From a virus: DNA of 64,000 bases. This document shows positions 18,253 through 27,375 of the stretch, piece by piece. Position 1 is the first letter of the stretch, and each line of letters opens with the position of its first letter. Below the pieces are notes generated by a model that saw only the letters and a list, made by a program, of their open reading frames with translations, searched no databases and was not told the origin of the DNA. The DNA lies in the IMG/VR virus record IMGVR_UViG_3300031825_000369; one strand, given 5' to 3'. The translations under genes and the position numbers were made by a program.

Positions 18253-20604
18253 TTAGGCTGCGATCGAGAGGTTGGGCGCGGCGTTCGGGTCCGCCGGTGC
18301 GCCGTCCGGCGGTGCCGCGTTCTGCGGGTCAGCCGGGACGGCCGGCTGCGGAGTCACGGCCTGCACGGCGGCCTGGTACGCCATGTCGAGCGCGGCGCGC
18401 CACTCCGCCGGAAACTGGCCGTACTTGTGGCCCGCCATCGCGCGGCCGAGCTCACGCACCCGAAGCACGGCGACGTCGGGCTGGGCGTCGACCGGGCGCG
18501 GGTCGAAGATCGCCATCGCGCGCGGGTCAACCATCGGCCCTTGCGGCACCGGCGGAGCGCCGGGGATCGGCACCGGGGCGCCGGTCATCGGATCGGCCAT
18601 CACGGCCGGGGCGTACCCGCCTAACGGCACTGGTTCGGCGACGCCGTCTTCCCCCGGCCCGCCTTCCCACTTCGCGACCTGCTGGCGCACGCGGAGCACG
18701 TGCGGGTTGTCCTGCCAGCCGATCTCGGAGCCGGTCGACGTGAGCACCATCTCCCGGAGATCGTCCGGCGGGATCAACCCCGCCTGCCCATACATCATCG
18801 CGCGCTCGGCCTTCTGCATCGGCGAGAGCATCGAGAGCGAGCCCGGCACCAGGCTGACGTCCTTCGTGCTGCGCAGGTCGGCGCCGCGCCACGCCCGGAC
18901 CTTGAACTCCCCGTCCTCGCCCGTGTAGCGGAGGAGCGCCGGCACCGTGTAGTACCGGCGCACGAGTTGGAGCTTGACCCGCCCCGCGCGCTCGCTGGCG
19001 CGCGCCGCGTTCTGCCGGATGTCGGAGAGCCCGGCCTGCACCTGCGAGATGATCGTCGCGGCGTGCTTGCCGGACTGGACCGACTTGTCCTGGAGCCCCT
19101 GCCCCGCTTCCTGCAGCGAGCTCGCGTCGTCCATCTCGCGCGTCGCGATCGCGAACAGGTCCCCCGCCGGCTCGAGCGCGTCGGTCGGCACGTCTTCGTA
19201 TTTCGGCTCGCCCCCGGGATTGATGGGGATGTGCGTCATGTACTGGAGATGCGCCTGCTTGCCCTGGAGGATCGAATTCGTCGGGACGTAGACTTTGCGG
19301 TTGAGGATGCGATCGAGGATGTCCTGCATCGCGCCCGCGAGCGACGCGCGCCACTCACTCGCGGGGCCGAGTAGGTGCATCAGTCCGATGCCGTGCGGGT
19401 TGCCGCGCGGGCCACGGAACTGCTTGATCTGTGTGAGCGGAATGTCCATCGGCTCGCGCCCGTTCGGGCCGTCCATCACCCAGCCGCGGCGGAACACGAC
19501 CACCGACTCGCCCAGCACCAGCATCTCGAGCCCGTCCGGATAGCTGGGACACTCGGTCGCGTACGCCAACAGCGTGAACACGAGCCGATCGTCGACCCGT
19601 TCCGGTTTCGGGTCCTTCGGCTTCCCGTTCAGTTGCGGCAGCAGGCGTTCCGTCCGCTCCGGTCGCTCGGACCGCGTGAGGCGCTCGACGACTTCCGGCG
19701 GCGTCTCCGCCAGTTCCGGATACCACCCCTTCAGCGTGCCCCAGGTGTGGTACTTCGCGACGAGCACGATCTCGGCGTCCCAGAGATCGTCGGCCGTCTC
19801 CGGCCAGAACCGCACATGATTCGCCGGCAGCACCTCGCGGCAGAGCTTCGGATGCCAGCGGAGCGCGGCCGCCTTGGTGTCGTCCGTCAGCGCACCGTCC
19901 GGCGCGACGAACCGCCGCACGAACGGGCCCGGCCGGGGCTGGCCGGTCATCGGGTCGCGCGTCGCGTCCTCGGCGGTCGTCGCGCCCTGCCCCGCTTCCA
20001 CGGTCACCGGATGCCGGCCCCCGCCCTTCGGGTCGGCGAAGTAGCGGATATAGCCGGAGCCGAACGACGACGCGACATCGAACGCGGCGCGGTGCGCCTC
20101 GAGATCGTTCAGCGTCGATTCCGCGTCCACGTCGCGCAGCACGCGCGTCGACAGGTCGGCCGCGTCGCGGTCCTCGCTACTCCCGCTTTCGGGCGTCGCC
20201 TTGAGCACCGGCGGGTCCGCGTACACCTGGGAGCAGAGCCGTTGACAGAGGCGGTCGGACTTGTTGAAGACGGCCGGAGGGACGTCGGCGCTCCCGGGTG
20301 GCTTGTAGACCTGCCAGCTCTGTTGATCCTGCGTCTTCGTCGCCCAGACGTTGCAGTCGCCGCCGCGCCGCTTCTCGTTCACTTCCCACTCGACTTCGTG
20401 GCGCGCGTACTTCTCGCGCTGCGTCGTCCACATCCGGACGAGCGCTTTCGCGGCCTCCTTGGGCTTGAGCGTGAGCAGGTCGCCCGGCTCGGCGGGATCG
20501 CCGTAGACGCGAGAGGCGCCCTGTTCAGGCGCCTCGGTCGACTCCGGCCGGTCGATCTCGTCGGGGATCCCCGGGGCGATCCCGCCGTCGACTTCGCCGA
20601 TCAT
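18253..20604 (-). CDS. Portal protein, 783 aa
   Basis: Start ATG 20604 (ATGA overlap); large helical protein with a Pro-rich C-terminus upstream of scaffold and capsid genes; P22-like portal size. Confidence 0.85.
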   Translation of the reverse strand: MIGEVDGGIAPGIPDEIDRPESTEAPEQGASRVYGDPAEPGDLLTLKPKEAAKALVRMWTTQREKYARHEVEWEVNEKRRGGDCNVWATKTQDQQSWQVYKPPGSADVPPAVFNKSDRLCQRLCSQVYADPPVLKATPESGSSEDRDAADLSTRVLRDVDAESTLNDLEAHRAAFDVASSFGSGYIRYFADPKGGGRHPVTVEAGQGATTAEDATRDPMTGQPRPGPFVRRFVAPDGALTDDTKAAALRWHPKLCREVLPANHVRFWPETADDLWDAEIVLVAKYHTWGTLKGWYPELAETPPEVVERLTRSERPERTERLLPQLNGKPKDPKPERVDDRLVFTLLAYATECPSYPDGLEMLVLGESVVVFRRGWVMDGPNGREPMDIPLTQIKQFRGPRGNPHGIGLMHLLGPASEWRASLAGAMQDILDRILNRKVYVPTNSILQGKQAHLQYMTHIPINPGGEPKYEDVPTDALEPAGDLFAIATREMDDASSLQEAGQGLQDKSVQSGKHAATIISQVQAGLSDIRQNAARASERAGRVKLQLVRRYYTVPALLRYTGEDGEFKVRAWRGADLRSTKDVSLVPGSLSMLSPMQKAERAMMYGQAGLIPPDDLREMVLTSTGSEIGWQDNPHVLRVRQQVAKWEGGPGEDGVAEPVPLGGYAPAVMADPMTGAPVPIPGAPPVPQGPMVDPRAMAIFDPRPVDAQPDVAVLRVRELGRAMAGHKYGQFPAEWRAALDMAYQAAVQAVTPQPAVPADPQNAAPPDGAPADPNAAPNLSIAA

Positions 20605-20903
20605 GCGGGAGGCTCCGGGAACAGGGAGACGATCACGCGACACATCCCGATCATATCCGCCGCGTCCTTGTCCAGCTTCTCGACGTCGATCCCCGCCTCG
20701 CGGATCTCATCGAATCCGCGCATCGTATCGCGCGCGGCCGCCACGACATTGGCGGGTACGCGCTCCAGCACCTCCGCAACCGTGCGGAGACGCTCGCGAA
20801 TGTCAGTGTCGCCCGCGAAGTGCGGCACGTAGGCGTACGCACCGTCGTCCGGGCCCGGCAACGCCTCCGCCAATTCCCGCAACAGCGACCCCAGCGCCCT
20901 CAC
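20601..20903 (-). CDS. Hypothetical protein, 100 aa
   Basis: GTGA overlap at the start and ATGA overlap with the portal start. Confidence 0.6.
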   Translation of the reverse strand: MRALGSLLRELAEALPGPDDGAYAYVPHFAGDTDIRERLRTVAEVLERVPANVVAAARDTMRGFDEIREAGIDVEKLDKDAADMIGMCRVIVSLFPEPPA

Positions 20904-21274
20904 GTGTCCTCTCCGTCCCATACGATGCGCGCGACTTCGTCCGGCTTCGCGTTGCCCATGATGCGCTGCAGCGCGTACGCGGAGAGGCGCTTCCCCAGGT
21001 CCGTGTGCAGCCCGCCCGCCCGCGCCGTGATCGCTTCGGTGACTTCGTCCGGGAGCTCCGGCGCCGAATCGGTGAACGACTCGGCCGGGGCCGGCGGCCG
21101 CCATCCTTCGCGCTGCATCTGCCCCAAGCGGTCCGTCAGATCGTCGACGCGCGACTGGAGCCGGTCGGCGGTCGCGGCCCATCGGTCGCGATCGCGTTCC
21201 GCCGCCGCGAGCGCGTCCTTGAGGGCGCGCTCGGCGGTCGTGTCGTCGGGGCGACGGAGGAAGGGCCAGGCCAT
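20900..21274 (-). CDS. Hypothetical coiled-coil protein, 124 aa
   Basis: Coupled to neighbours on both sides. Confidence 0.65.
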   Translation of the reverse strand: MAWPFLRRPDDTTAERALKDALAAAERDRDRWAATADRLQSRVDDLTDRLGQMQREGWRPPAPAESFTDSAPELPDEVTEAITARAGGLHTDLGKRLSAYALQRIMGNAKPDEVARIVWDGEDT

Positions 21275-21429
21275 CAGGCGTCCCCCCGTTGCGGTCGGAC
21301 GCGGTAGCGCGCGGTGTTGATGACGCCCACACCCTCGACGAGCAGGATGAGCAGCACGCAGCCGATCGCCTCGACGACATAGAGCAGCGCGGCGACCGCG
21401 TGGCGGAGCAGCCGAGGGAGGAGCGCCAT
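21274..21429 (-). CDS. Small membrane protein, 51 aa
   Basis: MALLPRLLRHAVAALLYVVEAIGCVLLILLVEG..., stop overlapping the next ATG; below the ORF-track cutoff. Confidence 0.55.
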   Translation of the reverse strand: MALLPRLLRHAVAALLYVVEAIGCVLLILLVEGVGVINTARYRVRPQRGDA

Positions 21430-21432
21430 CCG

Positions 21433-21780
21433 TCAGACGACGCGCTCGAGCCGATCGGCGACCAGGGACAGCCGCTCGCGCAGCGCGGCCAGCCCGCGCC
21501 CGTTCGCCTCGAGCGACCCGAGTGCGCCGGGCCGCTCTGGCGTCCCCGGGTCTGTCGAGGGGTTGACCGGCGGGAACGCCGCGCCGAGGCGATCGAGCGC
21601 CGCCTCGAGCCGTGACGCCATGCCGTGCGCGGCGTCGATGAGGGTGTTCTGATGGCCCAGCTCCGTGAACAACTCCGGCGCGGACGACTGTGGCGTCGAC
21701 GCTACCGGCTTCAGGCCGAAGACGTCGGCCGACAGGTGCGCTGCGGTGGTGTGCACTGCCTGCCTTTGGTCACCGTACAT
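21433..21780 (-). CDS. Hypothetical protein, 115 aa
   Basis: GAGGGA RBS; helical composition. Confidence 0.6.
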   Translation of the reverse strand: MYGDQRQAVHTTAAHLSADVFGLKPVASTPQSSAPELFTELGHQNTLIDAAHGMASRLEAALDRLGAAFPPVNPSTDPGTPERPGALGSLEANGRGLAALRERLSLVADRLERVV

Positions 21781-21790
21781 GGGTCCCTCG

Positions 21791-21949
21791 TTAGGTGTTG
21801 TTGGTTGATGCCGCCCAGTGCATCACCGGCTTACTCAGGTCCGGCGCCGGCGGTGCGGTCGGTCGCCCGTACCCGAGGCACGCGTGGCAGTCCGGGTTGG
21901 TCCCGGCCGTGCGCTTGCACTCGCGGCAGGTCACGCCGGCGCCACCCAT
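21791..21949 (-). CDS. Small Zn-finger protein, 52 aa
   Basis: CRECK...CHAC; TAATG overlap. Confidence 0.5.
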   Translation of the reverse strand: MGGAGVTCRECKRTAGTNPDCHACLGYGRPTAPPAPDLSKPVMHWAASTNNT

Positions 21950-22215
21950 TATCCACCGAACCCTTGCGGCCGCTGGCGGCGACGCTGGCGCCGTGCCTCG
22001 GCGCGTGCGAGCCGAATGTGCTTCCACCGTGACGCCGAGCTGCGCTCTTCCCTGGTCAGCTTGGGTTGCGGCTTCGGCTTTGGCTTCGCGGTCTCGACCT
22101 GCGGCATCGCGCGGCGCCGTTGCTCCTCGATCGGCACGCCGGGCGCGGCCAGCGCGGCGCCCGCCATGACGACCGCGGCAACCATTCCGGCCGTGCCGAG
22201 CTTTCTGCGAGCCAT
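21949..22215 (-). CDS. Small protein with an N-terminal hydrophobic segment and basic tail, 88 aa
   Basis: TAATG overlaps at both ends. Confidence 0.55.
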   Translation of the reverse strand: MARRKLGTAGMVAAVVMAGAALAAPGVPIEEQRRRAMPQVETAKPKPKPQPKLTREERSSASRWKHIRLARAEARRQRRRQRPQGFGG

Positions 22216-22664
22216 TACGTTCCGCTCTCCGTGTCAGGCACGACAGCGAACGTCGGCTTCGGGCTGGTGAGCACGCGCCACCGCAGTGTCTCAAGCATCG
22301 CCCGCGCGGCGGTGAACTCCGCCCACAGCTGCGGATCGACGCAGCGATAGAGCCCGACGTTGCCGGCGATGTTAGGGCTCCGCTCCGCCTCTTTCAGCGC
22401 GTCAGCAGAACCGTCGCCGATGTCGACGAGCACAAAGTCAGTCACGGGGATCACCGGAGGCAGAACGTCGGCCTTCACCTCGGCGTCGGCCATCACGTCG
22501 GCGTCATCGCCATTCAGGATCCCCGCAAAATCCTCGTCGGTGATGGGAACGGTGCGGGAAGGGACCGCGAACCCGCCGCCAGATGGTGAGTGGCTGATCG
22601 CTTGGGCGTGGGACATCTGATTGGGATCAGAGGATGAATAGGAATTCACTAGGCCGCCCGCCAT
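22215..22664 (-). CDS. Hypothetical acidic protein, about 149 aa
   Basis: In-frame ATG at 22664; coupled to the downstream gene. Confidence 0.5.
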   Translation of the reverse strand: MAGGLVNSYSSSDPNQMSHAQAISHSPSGGGFAVPSRTVPITDEDFAGILNGDDADVMADAEVKADVLPPVIPVTDFVLVDIGDGSADALKEAERSPNIAGNVGLYRCVDPQLWAEFTAARAMLETLRWRVLTSPKPTFAVVPDTESGT

Positions 22665-22723
22665 TTCCGGATTCGCCGCGCGATGCGCTTGGCGGCATAA
22701 TCGGCAATCGCGTTGCTCAGCAT
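22649..22723 (-). CDS. Possible 24-aa basic peptide (MLSNAIADYAAKRIARRIRKWRAA)
   Basis: TGATG overlap with the terL stop. Confidence 0.35.
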   Translation of the reverse strand: MLSNAIADYAAKRIARRIRKWRAA

Positions 22724-24273
22724 CACAGCCCCGGCCTCCGCCCGTACCGCGACGTCGGCAGCGCGCCCCGCGCTGCGAGCTCGAGGTATTGCTCGTGCGC
22801 TTCGTTCTCCGGCGTCCGCTCGCGCGCGCGCCGAACACCCGGCGTCACGAACCCCGGATGCTGGTGCTCCGGCACGTCGCGGCGTGGCGCTTCCGCCTGC
22901 GGCGTGCGCAGCATCACGCAGTAGCGCAGCGCGTCGTACGCGTGATCGTCGGCCTTCGTGTCGACGTCCTCGGTTTTCTTCTCGTCGCGCGGGAGCTTCG
23001 GCAGCGACGACACGAGATAGCGCGCGTCCGGGTGGAACCGGAGTAGCGGCAACCCCCACGATGGTACGGTGCCGTCTGCCGCGCGGGTGTACTTGAGCCC
23101 CTCGTGAATGAGCAGCTTCCCCGCGACCCGGGAGCCGGGCCCCTTCGGCGTCGAGACCAGCGGGACCGTCGCCCCCTGCAGTGCGTCGTTGAGCCCTTTC
23201 TGCACGCGCTCCGCGATCGTCGGCCCGCCGTCAGTGACGTCCCACATCGATGAGTCGCCCGCGATCCATTCCGGGAGCCCGTAGCCGACGACGAGCTGCC
23301 CGATCGTGTAGCCGACCTCGTACGGGTCCGTGCCGCTGAAGCGGTAGTCCATGCGTCCGATGATCTGGCCCGACTCCCCGGCCGCGACGAGCACGAAGCA
23401 CCCCGGATCCGCGTACCCCCAGTCGAGCCCCGCGCACCAGCGCCAGAACCGAGGGACCTGCGCGGTCTCCGGCAGGACGTGCACGGCCGCGTTCCACTCA
23501 GGGAACGCGAGCCCGGCGCCACCGGTGAGCAGCTTCGCGTAGACCTCCTCGTGCAGCTCCGGCTTTTCGGTCGAACCGTCGCCCGTCTTGTATTCGGCCT
23601 CGAGCTCGGCGATCGCCGCCGGCGACAACTTCGGGTTGTCGTGCGGCGTGCCGTAGAACTCCGCCCACTCGTCGGACCGCTTCCCTTCCTGAATCTCGGT
23701 GCAGACCGCGTTGAAGTAGGACCCGGCCTTCGTGGTCGAGAGGATCGCCAGCCACCCGTCGTTGTCGAGCAGCGCCGGGAGCACTACCGCGCGGAGCGCC
23801 GTCTCCAGGTCGTAGTGCGCGCCCTCGTCGAGGATGACCCCTTTGAGCCGCTTCCCGACGCCGCGGATGGTGTGGATGTTCTCGGCCGACTTGATGTGCA
23901 GGCGACCGAGCCCCGAGACGTGCACGCACTTTTTCGTCTCGTTGACGTAGAAGCCGGGCACGCCCTTGAAGCGCGGGACGATCTCTTCGTTCCAGAGCGT
24001 ATCGGCCTGGCCGTAGTCGAGCGCCACCCACACGACATCCCAGCCCTGCAGGACGCCCTCATGCATCGGCGTCCCGTCGACGTCGAGCGGACCATGGCCC
24101 GCCATGCTGGCCTTGAACGCCCATCGCGTCTTGCCCCAGCGGCGGCCGCAGCGCCCAACCTTTCGTTTCGCGGGCGAGTCGTCGATGTCGGTCTGGTGCG
24201 GCAGTGGTTCCGGGATGTGGACCTCGAGCACTCCATCGGGGCCCCACTCCATCACGGCACCGGTCGCCGTCAT
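22723..24273 (-). CDS. terL: Terminase large subunit, 516 aa
   Basis: GRRWGKT Walker A, VILDEGAH Walker B, GLDWGYADP and DDHAYDALRY nuclease motifs. Confidence 0.95.
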   Translation of the reverse strand: MTATGAVMEWGPDGVLEVHIPEPLPHQTDIDDSPAKRKVGRCGRRWGKTRWAFKASMAGHGPLDVDGTPMHEGVLQGWDVVWVALDYGQADTLWNEEIVPRFKGVPGFYVNETKKCVHVSGLGRLHIKSAENIHTIRGVGKRLKGVILDEGAHYDLETALRAVVLPALLDNDGWLAILSTTKAGSYFNAVCTEIQEGKRSDEWAEFYGTPHDNPKLSPAAIAELEAEYKTGDGSTEKPELHEEVYAKLLTGGAGLAFPEWNAAVHVLPETAQVPRFWRWCAGLDWGYADPGCFVLVAAGESGQIIGRMDYRFSGTDPYEVGYTIGQLVVGYGLPEWIAGDSSMWDVTDGGPTIAERVQKGLNDALQGATVPLVSTPKGPGSRVAGKLLIHEGLKYTRAADGTVPSWGLPLLRFHPDARYLVSSLPKLPRDEKKTEDVDTKADDHAYDALRYCVMLRTPQAEAPRRDVPEHQHPGFVTPGVRRARERTPENEAHEQYLELAARGALPTSRYGRRPGL

Positions 24274-24686
24274 CACTCGCGCACCAACCTGACGCGTACC
24301 GCGTCGTTGCCCTGCGTGTCGGTCTCGGTGATCGTCGTCCCGAGGCCGTATTTCGCGAGGAGCTCGAGCGCCTTGAGCTGATCGCCGACGCCGAACACCG
24401 CCATCGGCGCACTGGTCGCGGCGGTGCAGCTGCAATCGGGTCCGCCTTCCTTCCCGCACGTGCACACGTCCGCGCGCTTGACGCCTTTCGGCAGGTATGG
24501 CACGAAGTGGCCGTCCGCGATCCGTTCCAGCGTCTTGATGCGCCGCTGGAACGATCCGCGCAGCTTGTCGCGCAGCACCGAGGGGAGGCGTCCGCTCCGG
24601 CCCTTCTTCCCGCCGGAGTTGCCCGGGTTCCCAGGCGTCAGATGCGACGGGAGCCCCCCGCGGTGGACGCGCAATTGTGGCGGCAT
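24273..24686 (-). CDS. terS: Terminase small subunit, 137 aa
   Basis: PGNPGNSGGKKGRSGR N-terminus and DQLKALELLAKYG; directly coupled to terL. Confidence 0.75.
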   Translation of the reverse strand: MPPQLRVHRGGLPSHLTPGNPGNSGGKKGRSGRLPSVLRDKLRGSFQRRIKTLERIADGHFVPYLPKGVKRADVCTCGKEGGPDCSCTAATSAPMAVFGVGDQLKALELLAKYGLGTTITETDTQGNDAVRVRLVRE

Positions 24687-25126
24687 CAGGCCGTCTTGCG
24701 CTGGCGGTTCGGGCCCGTGAACTGGCCGCGCGTGCCCTGAATCAGCCGCTCGATGCGCGCAACCGTGCGAGACTTCCGCCGCGTCTCGGTGTGGGGCGCG
24801 TCGATGACCGGCACGCCCGCGCGGCGCAGCTGGCGACGCACCTTCTCGCGCCGCTCGTACGCCTGACGCTCGCGCACCGCGTGGCCGGACTCGGTCGACC
24901 GCGGCGCGGCGCCCGGGATGACCTCGGCCGTCCATGCCGGCTTGGCTTCTTGCGGACCGCCGACGAAGAGCCCTTCGGCGTTATGGTCCTTGGGCATGCC
25001 GGACCAGTAGCGCGGATCGTCGCGCGTGAAAGCACCGAGGCCGGCACCCACGACGGGGCCGGCCTCATTGATGTCGGGATGGAGCCGGGAGACCAGAGGG
25101 TCCGCCGGCGCGCGTGTGTGTGGCAT
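24686..25126 (-). CDS. Hypothetical protein, 146 aa (first gene of the presumed late operon)
   Basis: The stop overlaps the terS start. Confidence 0.55.
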   Translation of the reverse strand: MPHTRAPADPLVSRLHPDINEAGPVVGAGLGAFTRDDPRYWSGMPKDHNAEGLFVGGPQEAKPAWTAEVIPGAAPRSTESGHAVRERQAYERREKVRRQLRRAGVPVIDAPHTETRRKSRTVARIERLIQGTRGQFTGPNRQRKTA

Positions 25127-25179
25127 TCTACGCCAAGAAACGCGCGTGCAGCCTCAGCTGCTACGTACGATCGTACAGG

Positions 25180-25380
25180 CTAGGACGACGAATCAGGAAG
25201 ATCCACCGAGCCCGGAGCGACCACCTGCCCGTTTTCGTCAATGTCGAAGGAGAATGGCCCGAGCTCAATGCTACCGATGACGAAGGTGACGCCTCGGAAT
25301 TGGCTTGATCGAATATCGACCCCGGGCAGCGCGGCGAACAACGCACGCGGCACCGACATCTCGTTGTCGATTGCCATCAC
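25180..25380 (-). CDS. Hypothetical protein, 66 aa
   Basis: AAGGGG RBS; globular composition. Confidence 0.5.
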   Translation of the reverse strand: MMAIDNEMSVPRALFAALPGVDIRSSQFRGVTFVIGSIELGPFSFDIDENGQVVAPGSVDLPDSSS

Positions 25381-25396
25381 ATCCCCTTGCAGTCAG

Positions 25397-25654
25397 TCAC
25401 GCCGCGATCCCGCGCTCAAGCAGCTCCTCGGCGTGGCGGAGGATCTTCCAGGACGCGGGGCCGTCGCCGTCCAGCCAAGTCGCGATCTGCTCGACGTGCA
25501 TTTTCACGGTGCGGACCGTGATCCCGAGCCGCGCCGCGATCCCCTCGTAGTCGAGCTCCTCGGCGTAGAGCAGCACGACGACGTCGCGCTGACGCCGCGT
25601 GAGCCGCCGCTCGAGCGCGCAGGGGGCCGGCTTGAGGCGCGTGGGGGCGTTCAT
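25397..25654 (-). CDS. LuxR/sigma-70 region 4-type HTH regulator, 85 aa (candidate late activator)
   Basis: LTRRQRDVVVLLYAEELDYEGIAARLGITVRTVKMHVEQI is a GerE/LuxR HTH; lies upstream of the terminase genes. Confidence 0.85.
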   Translation of the reverse strand: MNAPTRLKPAPCALERRLTRRQRDVVVLLYAEELDYEGIAARLGITVRTVKMHVEQIATWLDGDGPASWKILRHAEELLERGIAA

Positions 25655-25884
25655 GGAAAGGGCAGGTCCATGATGTATTCGAATACCGGCTCGCCGGTGC
25701 GCCGCACGTACACCGACCGCGTCATCCGCATCCGGATCGGGACGACCCCGTCGGGCAGCGGCGAACTATCGCGCGTGATTTCGGTGAACCGGAGGGTATC
25801 CCGCGTGACTTGTAGTTGCTGACCGCCGGACGGCCCGCCGACCAGCGTCACCAACTCCAGATCGTACCCGTTAGGCATCCGCAC
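25651..25884 (-). CDS. Hypothetical protein, 77 aa
   Basis: LVGGPSGGQ...Y.R.....FEY pattern common in small phage ORFs; ATGA overlap. Confidence 0.6.
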   Translation of the reverse strand: MRMPNGYDLELVTLVGGPSGGQQLQVTRDTLRFTEITRDSSPLPDGVVPIRMRMTRSVYVRRTGEPVFEYIMDLPFP

Positions 25885-25892
25885 ATCCCAGC

Positions 25893-25921
25893 TTGACAGT
25901 TAGGGCCATTGGCCCTAATAT
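25893..25921 (+). promoter_or_regulatory. Sigma-70-type promoter with a palindromic operator in the spacer
   Basis: TTGACA-17 bp-TAATAT; perfect inverted repeat TTAGGGCCA-T-TGGCCCTAA at 25900-25918. Confidence 0.85.
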
Positions 25922-25969
25922 GGTGTATGCGCCAGGGCGCTCCAGCCCGGCCAACCAAGAGAGGGCACC

Positions 25970-26506
25970 ATGGAAGCGATCGCACTCACCCCGAAGTCCA
26001 CCGCCGCGTTGATCCGCACCATCCTCCGCCGCGCGTTCCCCGCAACGAAGTTCAGCGTCACCATCGGCCGCGGGTCCGGCGTGTCGTCCGTGCGGGTCCG
26101 ATGGACTGACGGCCCGACCGTAAAGAGCGTCGAGCGGTTCGTCGCGCCCTTCGAGTGCGGGTCGTTCGACGGCATGACGGACTCCTACAACTACGCCAAG
26201 GGCGCCGACCGGTACCTGATCGTAGACGGGCAGACGTACCACACGGGCACGCGGTACGTGCAGACGTCGCGCACCGTCTCGCCCGCGCTCGCGAACCGGT
26301 GCATCGCCGCGATCGCCGCGTATTGGGGTGGCGTCGATGTCGTCCCCCAGGCCGTGCCGGCGACGTGGGGCGACGGGTACCGGCTCGAGCCCGCGATCGG
26401 TCGCCAGCCGGTGCGCCCTGACCTTGGCGGATTCGATCACGACTGGGACACCATGATCTACCGTTGCGCCAGCGACCGTACCCAATTCACCCGGACCCAT
26501 GACTGA
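25970..26506 (+). CDS. LPD29-like (large polyvalent protein-associated) domain protein, 178 aa
   Basis: IR.ILRRAFP.TKFSV...S.RVRWTDGPT..SV..F...F....FDGMTD signature; strong AGAGGG RBS. Confidence 0.75.
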   Translation: MEAIALTPKSTAALIRTILRRAFPATKFSVTIGRGSGVSSVRVRWTDGPTVKSVERFVAPFECGSFDGMTDSYNYAKGADRYLIVDGQTYHTGTRYVQTSRTVSPALANRCIAAIAAYWGGVDVVPQAVPATWGDGYRLEPAIGRQPVRPDLGGFDHDWDTMIYRCASDRTQFTRTHD

Positions 26507-26714
26507 CATTGAGCTGTTAGAACGCGCGATCGAAGCGTCGGGCCTTTCCGCCCGGCGCTTCGCCGTTCGCGTCCTCGACGTTGACGAGCGGACCGTTAGG
26601 CGTTGGGAGGGCAACGAACGCGCGATCCCCGGGCCCGTGCTCCAGCTCTGCCGGCTCGTCATCGAGAACCCGCGCCTGGTACTCGCCACGCTCGGCATCG
26701 ACCGCGAGGAGTAG
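26499..26714 (+). CDS. Small XRE-type HTH regulator, 71 aa
   Basis: GLSARRFAVRVLDVDERTVRRWEGNERAIP; overlaps the upstream stop. Confidence 0.85.
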   Translation: MTDIELLERAIEASGLSARRFAVRVLDVDERTVRRWEGNERAIPGPVLQLCRLVIENPRLVLATLGIDREE

Positions 26715-26718
26715 CGGG

Positions 26719-27222
26719 TCACTCCGTCGCCCCGCCTTCGGCGCGCGCGCGCACCACCGCCTCCGCCGCCTCTTGGGAGAAGTAGACGTATCGCGATCGG
26801 ATGATGAGCTCGTTGTCGAGGTAGTTCGGGTTCGCCGGCAACACCAGGAATCCGACCTCGAGATAGTCGTGCTCGTCCTCCGCGTCCCACTTCTCCATCC
26901 TCGGGTCGACCGCCTGATAGGCGTTCCACTCCCAGGCCGTGTTGCCCGACTTCGTCGCCTTCCAGAGCCGGCCCTCGATGCTGGCCTCCGACTCCAGCCA
27001 TTGCTGGCGGTACACGATCGCCACCGCGGGAATCCCGGAGAGCTCGGGATCGAGCGTCGTGTCATTCTCGAAGAGCAGCCACGCCTCCCGCGCCTGAGGC
27101 AGCGGGACGATGACGGTGCGATGCCCCATGCGTGCGTGCGGCGGCTCGTCAGCGGTGAACTCGCGGCCCGCGCTCGCGATGTGCTCGCGTGGCGGGCGTG
27201 GTCCGGCGGCGTCGGTGGTCAT
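26719..27222 (-). CDS. Hypothetical protein, 167 aa
   Basis: Aromatic-rich globular ORF with a GGAG RBS. Confidence 0.6.
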   Translation of the reverse strand: MTTDAAGPRPPREHIASAGREFTADEPPHARMGHRTVIVPLPQAREAWLLFENDTTLDPELSGIPAVAIVYRQQWLESEASIEGRLWKATKSGNTAWEWNAYQAVDPRMEKWDAEDEHDYLEVGFLVLPANPNYLDNELIIRSRYVYFSQEAAEAVVRARAEGGATE

Positions 27223-27259
27223 GCCAGGCTCCGGTTTTCGGTTGGGTTTTCTGCAGCGT

Positions 27260-27375
27260 TGCGGGTCGATGCGGGCCAGTTTTCCATTTCAGACGTAGTA
27301 CGCGCGCGCGATGTAGCGTAGGGAGAGAATCCTCTAGAACGTCCATAATGCAAGACCGTACCGCATCGACCCGCA
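27260..27375. other. 15-bp perfect inverted repeat flanking an AT-richer 86-bp spacer; candidate replication origin
   Basis: TGCGGGTCGATGCGG (27260-27274) and CCGCATCGACCCGCA (27361-27375), abutting the primase-helicase stop codon. Confidence 0.55.

Noticed and set aside
15363-18743. 1126-aa plus-strand ORF (also 7125-8957, 11364-13616, 19375-20832, 41385-43454 and their copies)
   Set aside because: Arg/Gly/Val-rich antisense shadows of real minus-strand genes, expected in very GC-rich DNA; no motifs or RBS.
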